From NCBI GenBank assembly GCA_031370785.1, contig JANMQY010000007.1, positions 1-44,719 on the forward strand: 44,719 nucleotides of DNA, read 5' to 3'. Source of the stretch: Candidatus Eiseniibacteriota bacterium (GTDB taxonomy: Bacteria; Eisenbacteria; RBG-16-71-46). Below the pieces are notes generated by a model. The model was given only the letters and a program-made list of their open reading frames with translations. It had not been told where the DNA came from and searched no databases. The position numbers were made by a program, and so were the translations under genes. Shown here piece by piece: positions 23,006-33,309 of the stretch. How positions within the stretch are numbered: the stretch's first letter is position 1; every line of letters starts with the position of its first letter.

Positions 23006-24294
23006 GCCACCGCCTGCAACACGAGCTGGAAGCGCTGTACGGACTCGAGCGACGCAGGGACAAGCTCGGGCTGGACGGCACGCGCGCGCTGCTCGGCGCG
23101 CTCGGGGCCCCGGAGCGCCGGTTCCGCTCGGTGCACGTCGCCGGCACCAACGGCAAGGGGTCGACCTGCTCGCTGATCGAGCGCGCGTTGCGCGAGGCCG
23201 GCCACCGCACCGGGCTGTTCACCTCCCCTCACCTGGTGGATTTCCGGGAACGCATCCGGGTCTCAGGGCGCTGGGCCGACGAAGAGGTACTCGCGCAGCG
23301 GCTCGATCACATCGAGCGATTGCCCGAGGGGAAAGGACGCACGTTCTTCGAAGTGGCGACCGCGCTCGGCTTCGACTGGTTCGCCGCCCAGGGCGTGGAG
23401 TGGGCGGTGGTTGAAGTGGGGCTCGGCGGACGGCTCGACACCACCAACGTGATCGAGCCCGAGGTGTGCGTGATCACGTCGATCGGTCTCGACCATACCG
23501 AAATCCTCGGGGAGTCGATCGAGGAGATCGCCGCCGAGAAGGCGGGCATCGTGAAGCCTGGCGTGCCGGTCGTGATCGCCCCCGACCTGGACCCGCGCGC
23601 GCGGGAGGTCGTGGTGCGCGTGGCGAAGGAACGTGGCGCGCCGCTGGTGCACGCAGGGCCGCTTGAGAGCGCGCCGGAGCACGTGCACTCGGCCTGGGTC
23701 CGCGTCCTCGGAACGCGCTGGGGTGAGATCGAGTTCGAGCTCAGCCAGCGGCACGGGCGCTTCCAGCTGCCCAACGTCGCGACCGCGCTTGCCACGCTCG
23801 AGGTGCTGGCCGGGCGCGGGGTGCGCATTCCGAGCGATGCGATCGCGCGCGGGTTCGCGCGCGCGCGATGGCCGGGGCGCTTCGAGCAGGCGCCCCACGA
23901 GAAGCGCCTGTGGTGGGACGGCGCGCACAATCCGCATGGCATGGCCGCGCTGGAAAATGCGTGGCGCCGCAGTGCGCTGAGCGCGCCGGGCGCGATCGTG
24001 CTCGCGCTCTCGCGCGACAAGGACGTTGCCGCGATGCTCGAATCGCTGGCCCGCATCGGTCCCCGCTCGAGGATCTTCGCCACCCGTACGCGCAGCGAGC
24101 GTGCGCTGGACCCGGCGCGCATCGTCGACCACGCCGGTTCGCTCCGCATCGGCACCGCGCCCGACGTGGCCTCGGCATGTCGCGCCGCGCTCGCCGAGAC
24201 CGCGCCGGAAGGACTGGTGCTGCTCACCGGCTCGCTGTTCGCGGTGGGCGAAGCGATGGAGACGTTCGGGGGCGCGCCGGGAGAGTGGTTGTGA
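23002..24294 (+). CDS. folC: Folylpolyglutamate/dihydrofolate synthase
   Basis: HVAGTNGKGS, FTSPHL, EVGLGGRLDTTN, WPGRFE, DGAHNP, TGSLF. Confidence 0.94.
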
Positions 24295-27200
24295 CCCGCC
24301 GCCTCCTCGCGCTGCTCGCCACCGTCGCGCTCGCGCTCTCGACTGCGGCGCTTGCCGAGGAGCCGCCTCCTCCTCCGCTCAACATCGCCGCGGACAACGT
24401 GACCGGAAGCCACGACGAGGCCGGCGACGTCGTGCTGCTCAACGGCCACGTGCGCATCACCCGCGGGCGCACCGTGCTCACCGCGGCTTCGGGAAGCTAC
24501 GCGCGCGCCGAGGGCAGGCTCGATCTGCATGGCGACGTGAAGATGGTCGACAGCACCACGACGCTGACCTGCGACGATGCGACCTACAGCGAGAAGACCG
24601 ACCTGCTCCAGGTGAGCGGCAACGTCACGATCGTGGACCGCGACGGAACGCTGCACGCGCCGGCCGGGACCTACGATCGCAAAACCGGCCGGGTCGACCT
24701 GACCGGCGGCGTCGACGGCACCGATCGCGACCAGAAGATGACCTCCGAGAGCGCCACCTACGACCGCGATTCGATGCTGGTGCACGCTCGCGGCAACGTG
24801 AAGGGCATGGACGAGAAGAACAAGATCGAGCTGAACGCGCAGGCGATCGACTACAACCGCCGCACCCGCGAGGCGATCGCGACCGGCGATCCGGTGCTCA
24901 AGTCGCGCGACGAGAAGGATCGCGTGGCCGAGCTGCGTGCGATCACGCTCAAGGTCAACACCGAGACCCGCATGGCCGAAGCGATCGACTCGGTGACCGT
25001 GGCGCGCGACACGCTGCGCGGGCGCGCCGACTACGCGCTGTTCGACGACCGAGCCGGGCGCGGCTGGCTGTACGGCCGGCCGCGGGTCTGGGACGACCAG
25101 ACCGAGGTGAGCGGGGACACGCTCGAACTGTGGAGCGAGAAGCGGGTGCTGAACCGGGTGCGGGTGCGGGGTCACGCGCTCATGAACTACAAGGGCACGC
25201 GCCCGACCACGGTCGGGGAGAGCAGCGTGCTCAGCGGCGACATCGTGGACGTGTACTTCCGCAACGAGGAGATCGACAGCCTGGTCGCGGTGGGTTCGGC
25301 GCGCAACCTCTACGGCGGCCAGCCGCGCGCCGGCAAGGCTTCGGAGACCAATCTCGCGATCGGCGACACCATCACGGTGTTCTTCCGCGACCGCAAGGTG
25401 GAGCTGGCGCGCGTTCAGGGCAAGGCGAGCGGCGAGTATCACCCGAGCGTGACGCTCGGCGACACCACCGCGGCGAAGAAAGAGGTCGTGAACTACGACG
25501 CCACCCGCATCGAGTTCATGGTGCCGAAGAACCGCATCGTGCTGGAAGACGGCGCACACCTGACCTACTCCGATCTGGAGCTGCGCGCGCGCAAGGTGGC
25601 GTTCGACGTGGACGAGCAGACGCTGGTTGCCGAGGGCAAGCCGCAGCTGTTCGACAAGGGCGATCAGGTCACCGGGCACCTCATGACCTACGACCTGCGC
25701 TCGCGGGTGGGCACCATCTACAAGGCCGAGACCGCGTACGAGAAGGGGCTCTACCACGGCGAGCGTATCCGCAAGGTCGGGGACAACGTGCTCGACGTGC
25801 TCAACGGCTCCTACAGCACCTGCGATCTGCCCGAGCCGCACTATCACTTCTCGTCGCACTACATGAAGATCTACCTGAAGGACAAGCTGGTCGCCAGGCC
25901 GGTGGTGTTCTACCTCCGGCACGTGCCGCTGCTGGCGCTGCCGTTCTACGTGTTCCCGATCAAGCCCGGCCGTCACTCCGGCTTCCTGTTCCCCCAGTTC
26001 GAATTCGGCTTCAACAATCGCGCGGGACAGTTCCTGCGCAACGCCGGCTACTACTGGGCGCCGAACGACTACATGGACCTGACCGGTTCCGGCGACTACT
26101 ACCAGGCCGAGCCGTCGTGGGTCATGCGCGCCGAAGGCAACTACCGGCTCCTGTACCGGCTGAACGGGGACTTCGCGGGCACGTTCGCGAAGAACGATGC
26201 GACCCGCCGCGAGGACTACGACTTCAACCTGAATCACTCGCAGGACCTGTCGCCGCGCACGCGCCTGGTCGCGCGCGGGCAGTTCGTGTCGAGCAAGGAC
26301 TACAACTCGAGCAACCTGTACGGACGACCGCTGTCTCAGCGTCTCAATCGATTCCTGGTTTCGAGTTTCGCGGTCTCGCATGCGGCAGACTGGGCCAGCT
26401 TCAACGCGGTCGTCGATCGGCGCCAGGACCTGGACGCCGACGGCTCGATCTCCGATCCAGACGGCGAGGGTCCGCTGCACGGGCCGCCGCTCGGCGTGTT
26501 CGCGTCGCTCGCGAATCTCACCGAGCACACGCCGGACCTGCGCATCTCGTTCCCGACCCGAACCCTGGGCGCGTTTCCGGGGATCAAGGGCACGGGCTTC
26601 GGGAAGGCGCTTCAGACGATGTACTTCGCGTTCGACACTCACTTCCTCTCGCAGCGCGAGCAGCGCGCGTTCGTCGCGGGCTATCGCGGCTTCCTGCGCG
26701 ACACCGTGCCCGACTCGACCACCGTGCTCGGACAGCAGGTCACCACCCGGCGCGCGCTGGCCAGCAACATTTCGCTGTCCGACTCCCGCCGCCTGTTCGG
26801 CTGGCTCAACCTGTCGCCGCGCCTCAACTCGAACGCGGTGGTGTTCGACTACGACGAGCAGGGCCACAAGGTCGTGCCGGTCGCCACCTGGTCGGGGTCG
26901 ATCACATCGAGCGCAACGTTCTACGGCTCCTTCCAGCCGCATATCGGATCGCTGGTCGGAATCCGCCACGTGCTGTTCCCCAGCGTTTCCTTCAACTACA
27001 GCCCGCAGTTCGAGAGCCTGACCTTCCGCGACTCGCTCGGCCGGCTGCGCAACCGGTTCACCGGATTCGGCGGCATCGGCGTGTCCGGCTTCCGCAACTC
27101 CTCGATGAGCTTCAGCCTCGACCAGCGCCTGCAGGCGAAGCTCAAGCACGGAGACAAGGTGCAGCGCCTGGACAACCTGCTCTCGCTCTCGCTGGCCAGC

Positions 27201-27794
27201 TCCTACGATTTCCTGTGGCGGGAAAAGGGCCTGCGTCATCCGCTCTCGCCGATCGGAGCCAGCCTGTTCCTGCAGCCGCCCGGACTGCTCAACGCCAGCA
27301 TCGGCGGCACCATCGATCCCTACGAGGGCCGGCCGCTGCGTGCGCTGAGCGGAAGCACCGGCTTCAGCCTGGCGAGCGGAGGTGCGAGGCCGCAGGTCGC
27401 CGAGCTGCCCGTGGATCAGACGCAGCGCAAGTACTACGAAGAGGTCGCGCCCGAATTCCGCGAATCGTGGTCGCTCTCGCTGGCCTACTCGTACGCGGGC
27501 GGATACGAGTCGCCGAGCTGGTCGAGCCGTCAGACTGCGAACGCGGTGGTGCGATACGACGTGACCCCCAACTGGTCGGTGGACTACTCGGCCTCGTACG
27601 ACATCACGCTGCGCAACGTGCTCACCCAGCGCTTCGGGCTCAGCCGCACGCTGCACTGCTGGATCGCGACCTTCACTCGCACGTTCTCCCCTGGCGGAGA
27701 AGCCGAGTACTACTTCCGTCTCGGGATCAAGGATCAGCGCGAGGTGTACATGGAGCGCGGCACGCGCGTCGGCAGCATCGGCGGGATCAACTGA
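24291..27794 (+). CDS. lptD: LptD-like LPS assembly outer-membrane protein with an extended OstA/LptA-like N-terminal region
   Basis: GTG start in a GTGA overlap; signal peptide; repeated jellyroll-type motifs; YSTCDLPEPHYHF, RHSGFLFP, GYYWAPNDY, RTLHCW. About 1167 aa. Confidence 0.8.
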   Translation: MTRRLLALLATVALALSTAALAEEPPPPPLNIAADNVTGSHDEAGDVVLLNGHVRITRGRTVLTAASGSYARAEGRLDLHGDVKMVDSTTTLTCDDATYSEKTDLLQVSGNVTIVDRDGTLHAPAGTYDRKTGRVDLTGGVDGTDRDQKMTSESATYDRDSMLVHARGNVKGMDEKNKIELNAQAIDYNRRTREAIATGDPVLKSRDEKDRVAELRAITLKVNTETRMAEAIDSVTVARDTLRGRADYALFDDRAGRGWLYGRPRVWDDQTEVSGDTLELWSEKRVLNRVRVRGHALMNYKGTRPTTVGESSVLSGDIVDVYFRNEEIDSLVAVGSARNLYGGQPRAGKASETNLAIGDTITVFFRDRKVELARVQGKASGEYHPSVTLGDTTAAKKEVVNYDATRIEFMVPKNRIVLEDGAHLTYSDLELRARKVAFDVDEQTLVAEGKPQLFDKGDQVTGHLMTYDLRSRVGTIYKAETAYEKGLYHGERIRKVGDNVLDVLNGSYSTCDLPEPHYHFSSHYMKIYLKDKLVARPVVFYLRHVPLLALPFYVFPIKPGRHSGFLFPQFEFGFNNRAGQFLRNAGYYWAPNDYMDLTGSGDYYQAEPSWVMRAEGNYRLLYRLNGDFAGTFAKNDATRREDYDFNLNHSQDLSPRTRLVARGQFVSSKDYNSSNLYGRPLSQRLNRFLVSSFAVSHAADWASFNAVVDRRQDLDADGSISDPDGEGPLHGPPLGVFASLANLTEHTPDLRISFPTRTLGAFPGIKGTGFGKALQTMYFAFDTHFLSQREQRAFVAGYRGFLRDTVPDSTTVLGQQVTTRRALASNISLSDSRRLFGWLNLSPRLNSNAVVFDYDEQGHKVVPVATWSGSITSSATFYGSFQPHIGSLVGIRHVLFPSVSFNYSPQFESLTFRDSLGRLRNRFTGFGGIGVSGFRNSSMSFSLDQRLQAKLKHGDKVQRLDNLLSLSLASSYDFLWREKGLRHPLSPIGASLFLQPPGLLNASIGGTIDPYEGRPLRALSGSTGFSLASGGARPQVAELPVDQTQRKYYEEVAPEFRESWSLSLAYSYAGGYESPSWSSRQTANAVVRYDVTPNWSVDYSASYDITLRNVLTQRFGLSRTLHCWIATFTRTFSPGGEAEYYFRLGIKDQREVYMERGTRVGSIGGIN

Positions 27795-27796
27795 CC

Positions 27797-29059
27797 ATGT
27801 CGCGCTGGCACCTGTCGTGCGATGCCTGCGACGAGACCGCCTGGATCGGCCGCGAGGGAAACCGCATCCAGGCGTGGTGCGAAGCGTGCCAGTCCTCGCC
27901 AGTCGTCACGGCCGGCTCGGATTCGCCACCGTGCCCGAAGTGCAGCGCGCCGCTCGCCGTCGATGGCCCGCGCTTTCCCGAGCTGTGGGGCGAGCTGCAG
28001 AATCTCTCGGCAGTGCTCGCGGCGTGGACCGGGGACGTGGCGCCGCTGGCCGCGATCCTTCCCGAGCGCCCGCGCTTCCTCACCGATCGAACGCCGCCCG
28101 AACCGCGGCCCGACGACCCGTCTGCGGTGCGCGAGGCGCTCGCGCTGGTCGCATCCGGAGCGTTCGCGCTCGCGCGCGCCTCGCTCGCCGCGATCCTCGC
28201 CGCGGAGGCGGGCGGGGCGCATGTCTGGCGTGCGCTCGCGATCGCTGCCGAGCGCACGGGCACGCCGGCCCTGTCCGAGGTCGCATGCGGCCGCGCCCTC
28301 GCTCTGCTGCGACCCGGCGATGGGAGTGAGCGCATGGCGCATGCCCTTCGTCTCGAGCGTGGCGCGCTGCGCGCCTATCGCGGCGATCGCTCGGGAGCGC
28401 GCGAGGATTTCGCCGCGGCGGGTGATGAGCGCGAAGCGCGCTGGAATCGCGCCGCGCTGGCCGTGCTCGATTCGGTCGCGACCGGCGATGGAGTTCCAGC
28501 CGCGCACGTGATCGCCGGCGCCCGCGCCGAAGCCGGAGAGACTTCACCGTACTGGAGCGAACCCACCGTCGGTCGGCTGCTGTTCGCGCTGCTGGTCGAG
28601 CGCGCGATGAAGCAGAAAACCGGCGCCTCGGAAATTGCCGCCCGATCCGGCGGGTCGGGCAGGGGCGATGAGTCCGGGAGTGCGGACGCGCAGACCCTGC
28701 GCGCGGCCGAAGGCCTGCTCGAGTTCGATACCTTCTGGGACCGTGCGCTGGTGCTGCACGGCTACGCCGCGCTCGCCCTGGAAGCCGACGTGCGGCGCAC
28801 CGCCAGCGCGCTTGCGCGTCAGGTGGTCGAACAGATCGCGACCGAGCCGTACCTGCGTGGCCCGGCGGCGAGCGCCATCAGCGATGCCGTCGGGCGCGCG
28901 CGTGATGCGATCGCCGCGTCGGACCCCACCCGTGCGCTCTCCGCGCTCGCGCCGCTCCTCGAGCGCGCGGATCTGCGGCACTTCCGCATTCCGTGCGCAC
29001 ACTGCGGGCGCGGGTCGGTCGGAGTGGACGAGGTGGCGGAGGACGAGGGCGCGGAGTAG
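27797..29059 (+). CDS. Hypothetical protein with four CxxC motifs and a TPR-like helical core
   Basis: ATG 3 nt after the lptD stop; CDAC, CEAC, CPKC near the N-terminus and CAHC near the C-terminus. Confidence 0.65.
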   Translation: MSRWHLSCDACDETAWIGREGNRIQAWCEACQSSPVVTAGSDSPPCPKCSAPLAVDGPRFPELWGELQNLSAVLAAWTGDVAPLAAILPERPRFLTDRTPPEPRPDDPSAVREALALVASGAFALARASLAAILAAEAGGAHVWRALAIAAERTGTPALSEVACGRALALLRPGDGSERMAHALRLERGALRAYRGDRSGAREDFAAAGDEREARWNRAALAVLDSVATGDGVPAAHVIAGARAEAGETSPYWSEPTVGRLLFALLVERAMKQKTGASEIAARSGGSGRGDESGSADAQTLRAAEGLLEFDTFWDRALVLHGYAALALEADVRRTASALARQVVEQIATEPYLRGPAASAISDAVGRARDAIAASDPTRALSALAPLLERADLRHFRIPCAHCGRGSVGVDEVAEDEGAE

Positions 29060-29140
29060 ATTTGGTCCGCGCGGAACCTGTGCGGAAGTCGCGCCATCCA
29101 ACAGGCCGCGAACCGCCAGCATGACCCACCGGAACCTCCC

Positions 29141-31468
29141 ATGTCCTTCGTTCCTCTCAAATCCTTAGAAGCCAGCGCGCACCCTGCCGCCACGGACGCT
29201 GGCGGCAAGGAGTCCTTGCAGCTCGGCATCACTGGCATGCACTGCGCCGCGTGCGTGGGCCGGGTCGAGCAGGCGCTCGCCTCGGTCGAGGGGGTGTCCT
29301 CGGCCGCCGTCAATCTCGCGACCGAGCGCGCGCAGGTTCGGCTCTCACGGCCGATCGATTTGCAGGCGCTGATCGGGGCGGTGCGCAGGGCCGGCTACGA
29401 TGCGCACGCCATGGACGCGGCCGGGCACGATCACGCCGCACATCTGCGCGCACTCGATGCGGCGAGCCTGCGCCGCCGGTTCGTCATCGCCGCCGCGCTC
29501 ACCGCGCCGGTGGTGGTGCTGGGCAACTTCGGCATGCTGGCTCCGCTCAACCGCATTCCGATGCTGTTGCAGAACCTGATCCAGCTAGTGCTCACCACAC
29601 CGGTCCAGCTCTGGGCGGGCTGGTCGTTCGTGATCGGCGCGTGGCGCAGCGTGCGCAGGCGCGTCGCCGACATGGACCTGCTGGTGGGCCTCGGCACGCT
29701 GACCGCGTTCACCTATTCGACCGTCGCCACGCTCGCGCCGCAGTGGATTCCCGGAGCCGGCGGGGTGGCGCCGGTCTACTTCGACACTGCCGCGGTGATC
29801 ATCACCCTGATCCTGCTCGGGCGATTGCTCGAGGCCCGCGCCAGGGCGGGCACCTCGAGTGCGATGAAGCGCCTGCTCGATCTCAGCCCGCGCACCGCAC
29901 GACGCGTGGTCGACGGGGTTACCGAAGACGCGCCTCTCGACCGGATCGTGCCCGGCGACATTCTGCTGGTGCGCCCCGGCGAGAAGGTGCCGGTGGACGG
30001 GGTCGTGATCGACGGGAGCTCGAGCATTGATGCCTCGATGCTGACCGGCGAGCCGATCCCGGTCGAAGTCGGTCCCGGCGCGACCGTGACTGGCGCGACC
30101 GTGAATCAGTCCGGCGCGTTCCACATGCGCGCCGAGCGCGTCGGCGCCGACTCGATGCTGATGCAGATCGTGCGCCTGGTGGAGCAGGCGCAGAGCAGCA
30201 AGGCCGAGGTCGCGCGCCTTGCGGATCGGGTGGTCGCGGTATTCGTGCCGGTCGTGATCACGATCGCGCTCATCGCGTTCGTGCTGTGGCTCGTGTTCGG
30301 TCCCGAGCCGCGCTTTGCGCACGCGCTGCTGACGCTGGTGGCAGTGCTGATCATCGCCTGCCCGTGCGCGCTGGGGCTCGCGACTCCGACCGCGCTCATC
30401 GTCGGCACCGGACGTGGCGCCGAGCTCGGCGTGCTGATCCGGGGCGCCGACGTGCTGGAGGCCGCCGAGGGCGCGCAGGTCATCGTGTTCGACAAGACCG
30501 GCACCCTGACACGCGGGCGGCCCGAGCTGACCGACGTCATCCCCGTTCCCGGGACGAGCGAAGAGCGCGTGCTCGCGCTCGCGGCCGCGCTCGAGCGTCC
30601 GAGTGAGCATCCGCTCGCCGCTGGCGTGCTGCGCGGCGCCAAAGCCCGTGCCGTGCCGCGGCTCGAGCCCGAGGATTTCGCGGCGGTGCCCGGACGCGGC
30701 GTGATCGGCGTCGTCGAAGGCCGCGCGCTGGTGCTGGGCACCGCCTCGCTCCTCGCCGACCAGGGCGCGGATGTCGCGCCGCTCGCCGCGGACGCCGCGC
30801 GACTCGAGGCCGAGGGCAGGACTGTGCTGTTCCTTGCCGAGAACGGCGCCCTGCTCGGGCTGCTCGCGCTGGCCGACACGCTCAAGCCCGACGCCGCGAA
30901 CGTGGTGCGCGCTCTGGAAGCGCGCGGCATGGAAGTGTGGATGATCACCGGCGACAACGCCCGCACCGCCCATGCGGTCGCGCGTGCCGCCGGAATCGCG
31001 CCTTCGCGGGTCATGGCCGAGGTGCTGCCCGCTGAAAAGAGCGCGAAGGTGCGCGCACTGCAGGCTGACGGCAGGAAAGTCGTCATGGTCGGAGATGGGA
31101 TCAACGATGCGCCCGCCCTGGCCCAGGCCGATGTCGGCATCGCGATGGGGGGCGGCACCGACATCGCGATGGAGGCGAGCGGGATCACGCTGGTACGCGG
31201 CGATCTCGCCGGCGTCGAGATCGCGCTGCGTCTCGCGCGGCGCACCATGCAGGTGATCCGGCAGAATCTGTTCTGGGCGTTCATCTACAACGCGCTCGGA
31301 ATCCCGATCGCGGCGGGACTGCTCTACGTGTTCCTGCGCCCGGGAGGTCCGATCGGGCCGGTGTTCGGCTGGGAGGGCACGCTGCACCCGATGCTCGCCT
31401 CGGTCGCGATGGCGCTCTCGAGCGTGAGCGTGATGACTTCGTCGCTCAGGCTGAGGGGATTCCGGTGA
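29141..31468 (+). CDS. copA: Cu(I)-translocating P1B-type ATPase
   Basis: GMHCAAC metal-binding domain, [26 protein letters not shown] and MALSS ligands. Confidence 0.93.
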   Translation: MSFVPLKSLEASAHPAATDAGGKESLQLGITGMHCAACVGRVEQALASVEGVSSAAVNLATERAQVRLSRPIDLQALIGAVRRAGYDAHAMDAAGHDHAAHLRALDAASLRRRFVIAAALTAPVVVLGNFGMLAPLNRIPMLLQNLIQLVLTTPVQLWAGWSFVIGAWRSVRRRVADMDLLVGLGTLTAFTYSTVATLAPQWIPGAGGVAPVYFDTAAVIITLILLGRLLEARARAGTSSAMKRLLDLSPRTARRVVDGVTEDAPLDRIVPGDILLVRPGEKVPVDGVVIDGSSSIDASMLTGEPIPVEVGPGATVTGATVNQSGAFHMRAERVGADSMLMQIVRLVEQAQSSKAEVARLADRVVAVFVPVVITIALIAFVLWLVFGPEPRFAHALLTLVAVLIIACPCALGLATPTALIVGTGRGAELGVLIRGADVLEAAEGAQVIVFDKTGTLTRGRPELTDVIPVPGTSEERVLALAAALERPSEHPLAAGVLRGAKARAVPRLEPEDFAAVPGRGVIGVVEGRALVLGTASLLADQGADVAPLAADAARLEAEGRTVLFLAENGALLGLLALADTLKPDAANVVRALEARGMEVWMITGDNARTAHAVARAAGIAPSRVMAEVLPAEKSAKVRALQADGRKVVMVGDGINDAPALAQADVGIAMGGGTDIAMEASGITLVRGDLAGVEIALRLARRTMQVIRQNLFWAFIYNALGIPIAAGLLYVFLRPGGPIGPVFGWEGTLHPMLASVAMALSSVSVMTSSLRLRGFR

Positions 31469-31478
31469 GCGGCGCGCC

Positions 31479-31925
31479 TCAGGGTTTCTTCGCGAGCGCC
31501 ACGCCGACGGTCCACAGGTAGCCGTCGGGGTCGCCGACCCACACCTCACGCCAGCCGTGCGGCTTGTCGGTCGGCGGCAGGAGCACCGGAGCGCCGTGCG
31601 CGTGGGCGCGCGTCTCGACCTGATCCGGATCGAGCCCGAACAGCCTCATCTCGGCCCCCACACCGCGCGGCCCGGCGCCCGCGAGCGCCGCGCTCCACGG
31701 ATGGTGCTCGTAGGTGTGATCGGTGTGCAGCATCATGCGCTGGCCGTGCAGCTTGAGCGCAGCAAAGTCGGCATCGGAATACTCGACGATCGCGAGCAGC
31801 ACGTCGCGATAGAACGCGACCGACTTCGGCATGTCGCGCACCAGCAGGTTCACCGAGAAGGTTGGGAGCCAGCGGCCGTACTCGTCGGCTGGCATCCACG
31901 GCTCGCCAGTGCGGTGCTTGGCCAT
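31479..31925 (-). CDS. VOC/glyoxalase-bleomycin resistance family protein
   Basis: NLLVRDMPKSVAFYRDVL...PTDKPHGWRE...DPDGYLW; ATG at 31925. Confidence 0.85.
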   Translation of the reverse strand: MAKHRTGEPWMPADEYGRWLPTFSVNLLVRDMPKSVAFYRDVLLAIVEYSDADFAALKLHGQRMMLHTDHTYEHHPWSAALAGAGPRGVGAEMRLFGLDPDQVETRAHAHGAPVLLPPTDKPHGWREVWVGDPDGYLWTVGVALAKKP

Positions 31926-31927
31926 CC

Positions 31928-32746
31928 CTACCCCAGCCCCCACTGCTCGAGCTCGTCCTCGTCCAGGCCGAGCAGGTGCCCGACCTCGTGCTGCACCGTG
32001 ATGCGGATCTCCTTCGCCAGCTCTTCGTGATCGCTGCACACCCGGAGCAGGTTGCGGCGGAACAGGTAGATCACGCCGGGCGCACCGGGCACATCGCCGG
32101 TGCTGCGCCCCATCAGGTGCCGGCCCACGAACAACCCGAGGATGTCGGGGGAGAGTGGCGGCTGCTCGGCGATCAGCACGTCGCGGCGCGGCAGCGGCTC
32201 GACCATCACTGGCAGGTCATCGAGATGGCTGCGGACCTTCTCCGGCAGCTCGCGCACGCACTCCTCGACGATCGAATCGAACTCCTCGTCGCTCACTTCG
32301 AGCGGCTCAGGGAAAGCCTCGTCATCGATCTCGTGCGCCATCTCGGAGTGCTCGCTGGCCTTCCCGGTGTCCCCGAGATGCTCGTAGATGCGCCCCAGCA
32401 GGTCGTGCGCCTCCCCCAGGTCCTCGTGAACGGCGAGTGCGCGCTCCGCGTCGTCGCGGGCGGCTTCGAGCTGTGCCAGCTCGTAGTGCGCGACCGCGCG
32501 CAGGTGGAAGAACAGCGCCGGGTCGGCCGAGCGCTCGGCGCCTTTGAGCACTTCGAGCGCGTGCTGGGCTTCACCCTCGTCGAGTGAGACGGCCGCATCC
32601 ACGATGCGCAGATCGGGATGGCCGGGGCGCTTGTTCTCGAGCGCGTTCAACTCCAGGCGGGCCCGTTCGAGCTGGCCCTCGTCGAGAAGGTCCCACACCC
32701 GATTCACCTGCTCCCACTCGACTTCGTTCAACAACTCGTACGCCAT
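31928..32746 (-). CDS. TPR-like region plus minimal zincin-like metallopeptidase domain
   Basis: ATG at 32746 (MAYELL); helical repeats, then ILGLF, IYLFRRN, ITVQHEVGHLLGLDE (HExxH). Confidence 0.82.
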   Translation of the reverse strand: MAYELLNEVEWEQVNRVWDLLDEGQLERARLELNALENKRPGHPDLRIVDAAVSLDEGEAQHALEVLKGAERSADPALFFHLRAVAHYELAQLEAARDDAERALAVHEDLGEAHDLLGRIYEHLGDTGKASEHSEMAHEIDDEAFPEPLEVSDEEFDSIVEECVRELPEKVRSHLDDLPVMVEPLPRRDVLIAEQPPLSPDILGLFVGRHLMGRSTGDVPGAPGVIYLFRRNLLRVCSDHEELAKEIRITVQHEVGHLLGLDEDELEQWGLG

Positions 32747-32908
32747 GCCTTGCCCTCCGGAATGTGGCCGGCAGGTTACCGCCCCGCGCCGGCCCGCACC
32801 AGCCGAGCGCGCCGGCCTCGGTGCGCGCGCGAGGCGGACCGGGCGCAGCCCAGGTGCTAGAGTTGAGCGCGGGGGTTCGAACGCTTTCGCTGTGAGGAGG
32901 CCGCATCC

Positions 32909-33205
32909 ATGACGCAGACCCAGGCCGTGAAACATCTGCTCCGTGCCCATCGCAGGTCGCTGGCGCGTTCGCTCAAGCAGGCGTACCAGGAAGGCTTCGA
33001 AGCCGGGCTGCACCGCGCGCACGGCGCGGGACGGCGCGGGCGGACCATTCGCGCCGATGCAACCGTGGATGGGCTGATCCGGCTCATCCAGCGCCACTTC
33101 GGGCTCGATCGCTATGGCTTCGAAGTGCGGGTCGTGCACCAGGGTTCGGGCAGGCGCGTTCCCTCGCGCGACCTGCTTCGGAAGTACCGGATTCCGGACG
33201 CGTAA
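32909..33205 (+). CDS. Small basic hypothetical protein, possible beta-grasp-like C-terminal half
   Basis: GAGGAGG RBS; GC-type codon usage; TG-TAGAGT extended -10-like motif upstream. Confidence 0.7.
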   Translation: MTQTQAVKHLLRAHRRSLARSLKQAYQEGFEAGLHRAHGAGRRGRTIRADATVDGLIRLIQRHFGLDRYGFEVRVVHQGSGRRVPSRDLLRKYRIPDA

Positions 33206-33223
33206 AGCCGCGGACCGCCCGGC

Positions 33224-33253
33224 TTGACGCTGGCGGTTTCTTCCCCGTAAAAT
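33224..33253 (+). promoter_or_regulatory. Sigma70-type promoter for the selenoprotein gene
   Basis: TTGACG-N18-TAAAAT, 56 nt upstream of ATG 33310. Confidence 0.65.
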
Positions 33254-33309
33254 CTGCACCCGCTACGACGACCGGGCCGAGTCGCAGGAAAACATCGGAG
33301 ACGTTTCTC

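Noticed and set aside
23307..27656. 1449-aa minus-strand ORF
   Set aside because: Antisense shadow of folC and lptD, expected in high-GC DNA; no recognisable motifs.
24026..27796. Upstream part of the 1677-aa plus-strand ORF
   Set aside because: Alternate frame overlapping lptD with Arg/Pro-rich nonsense composition; only the part from ATG 27797 looks real.
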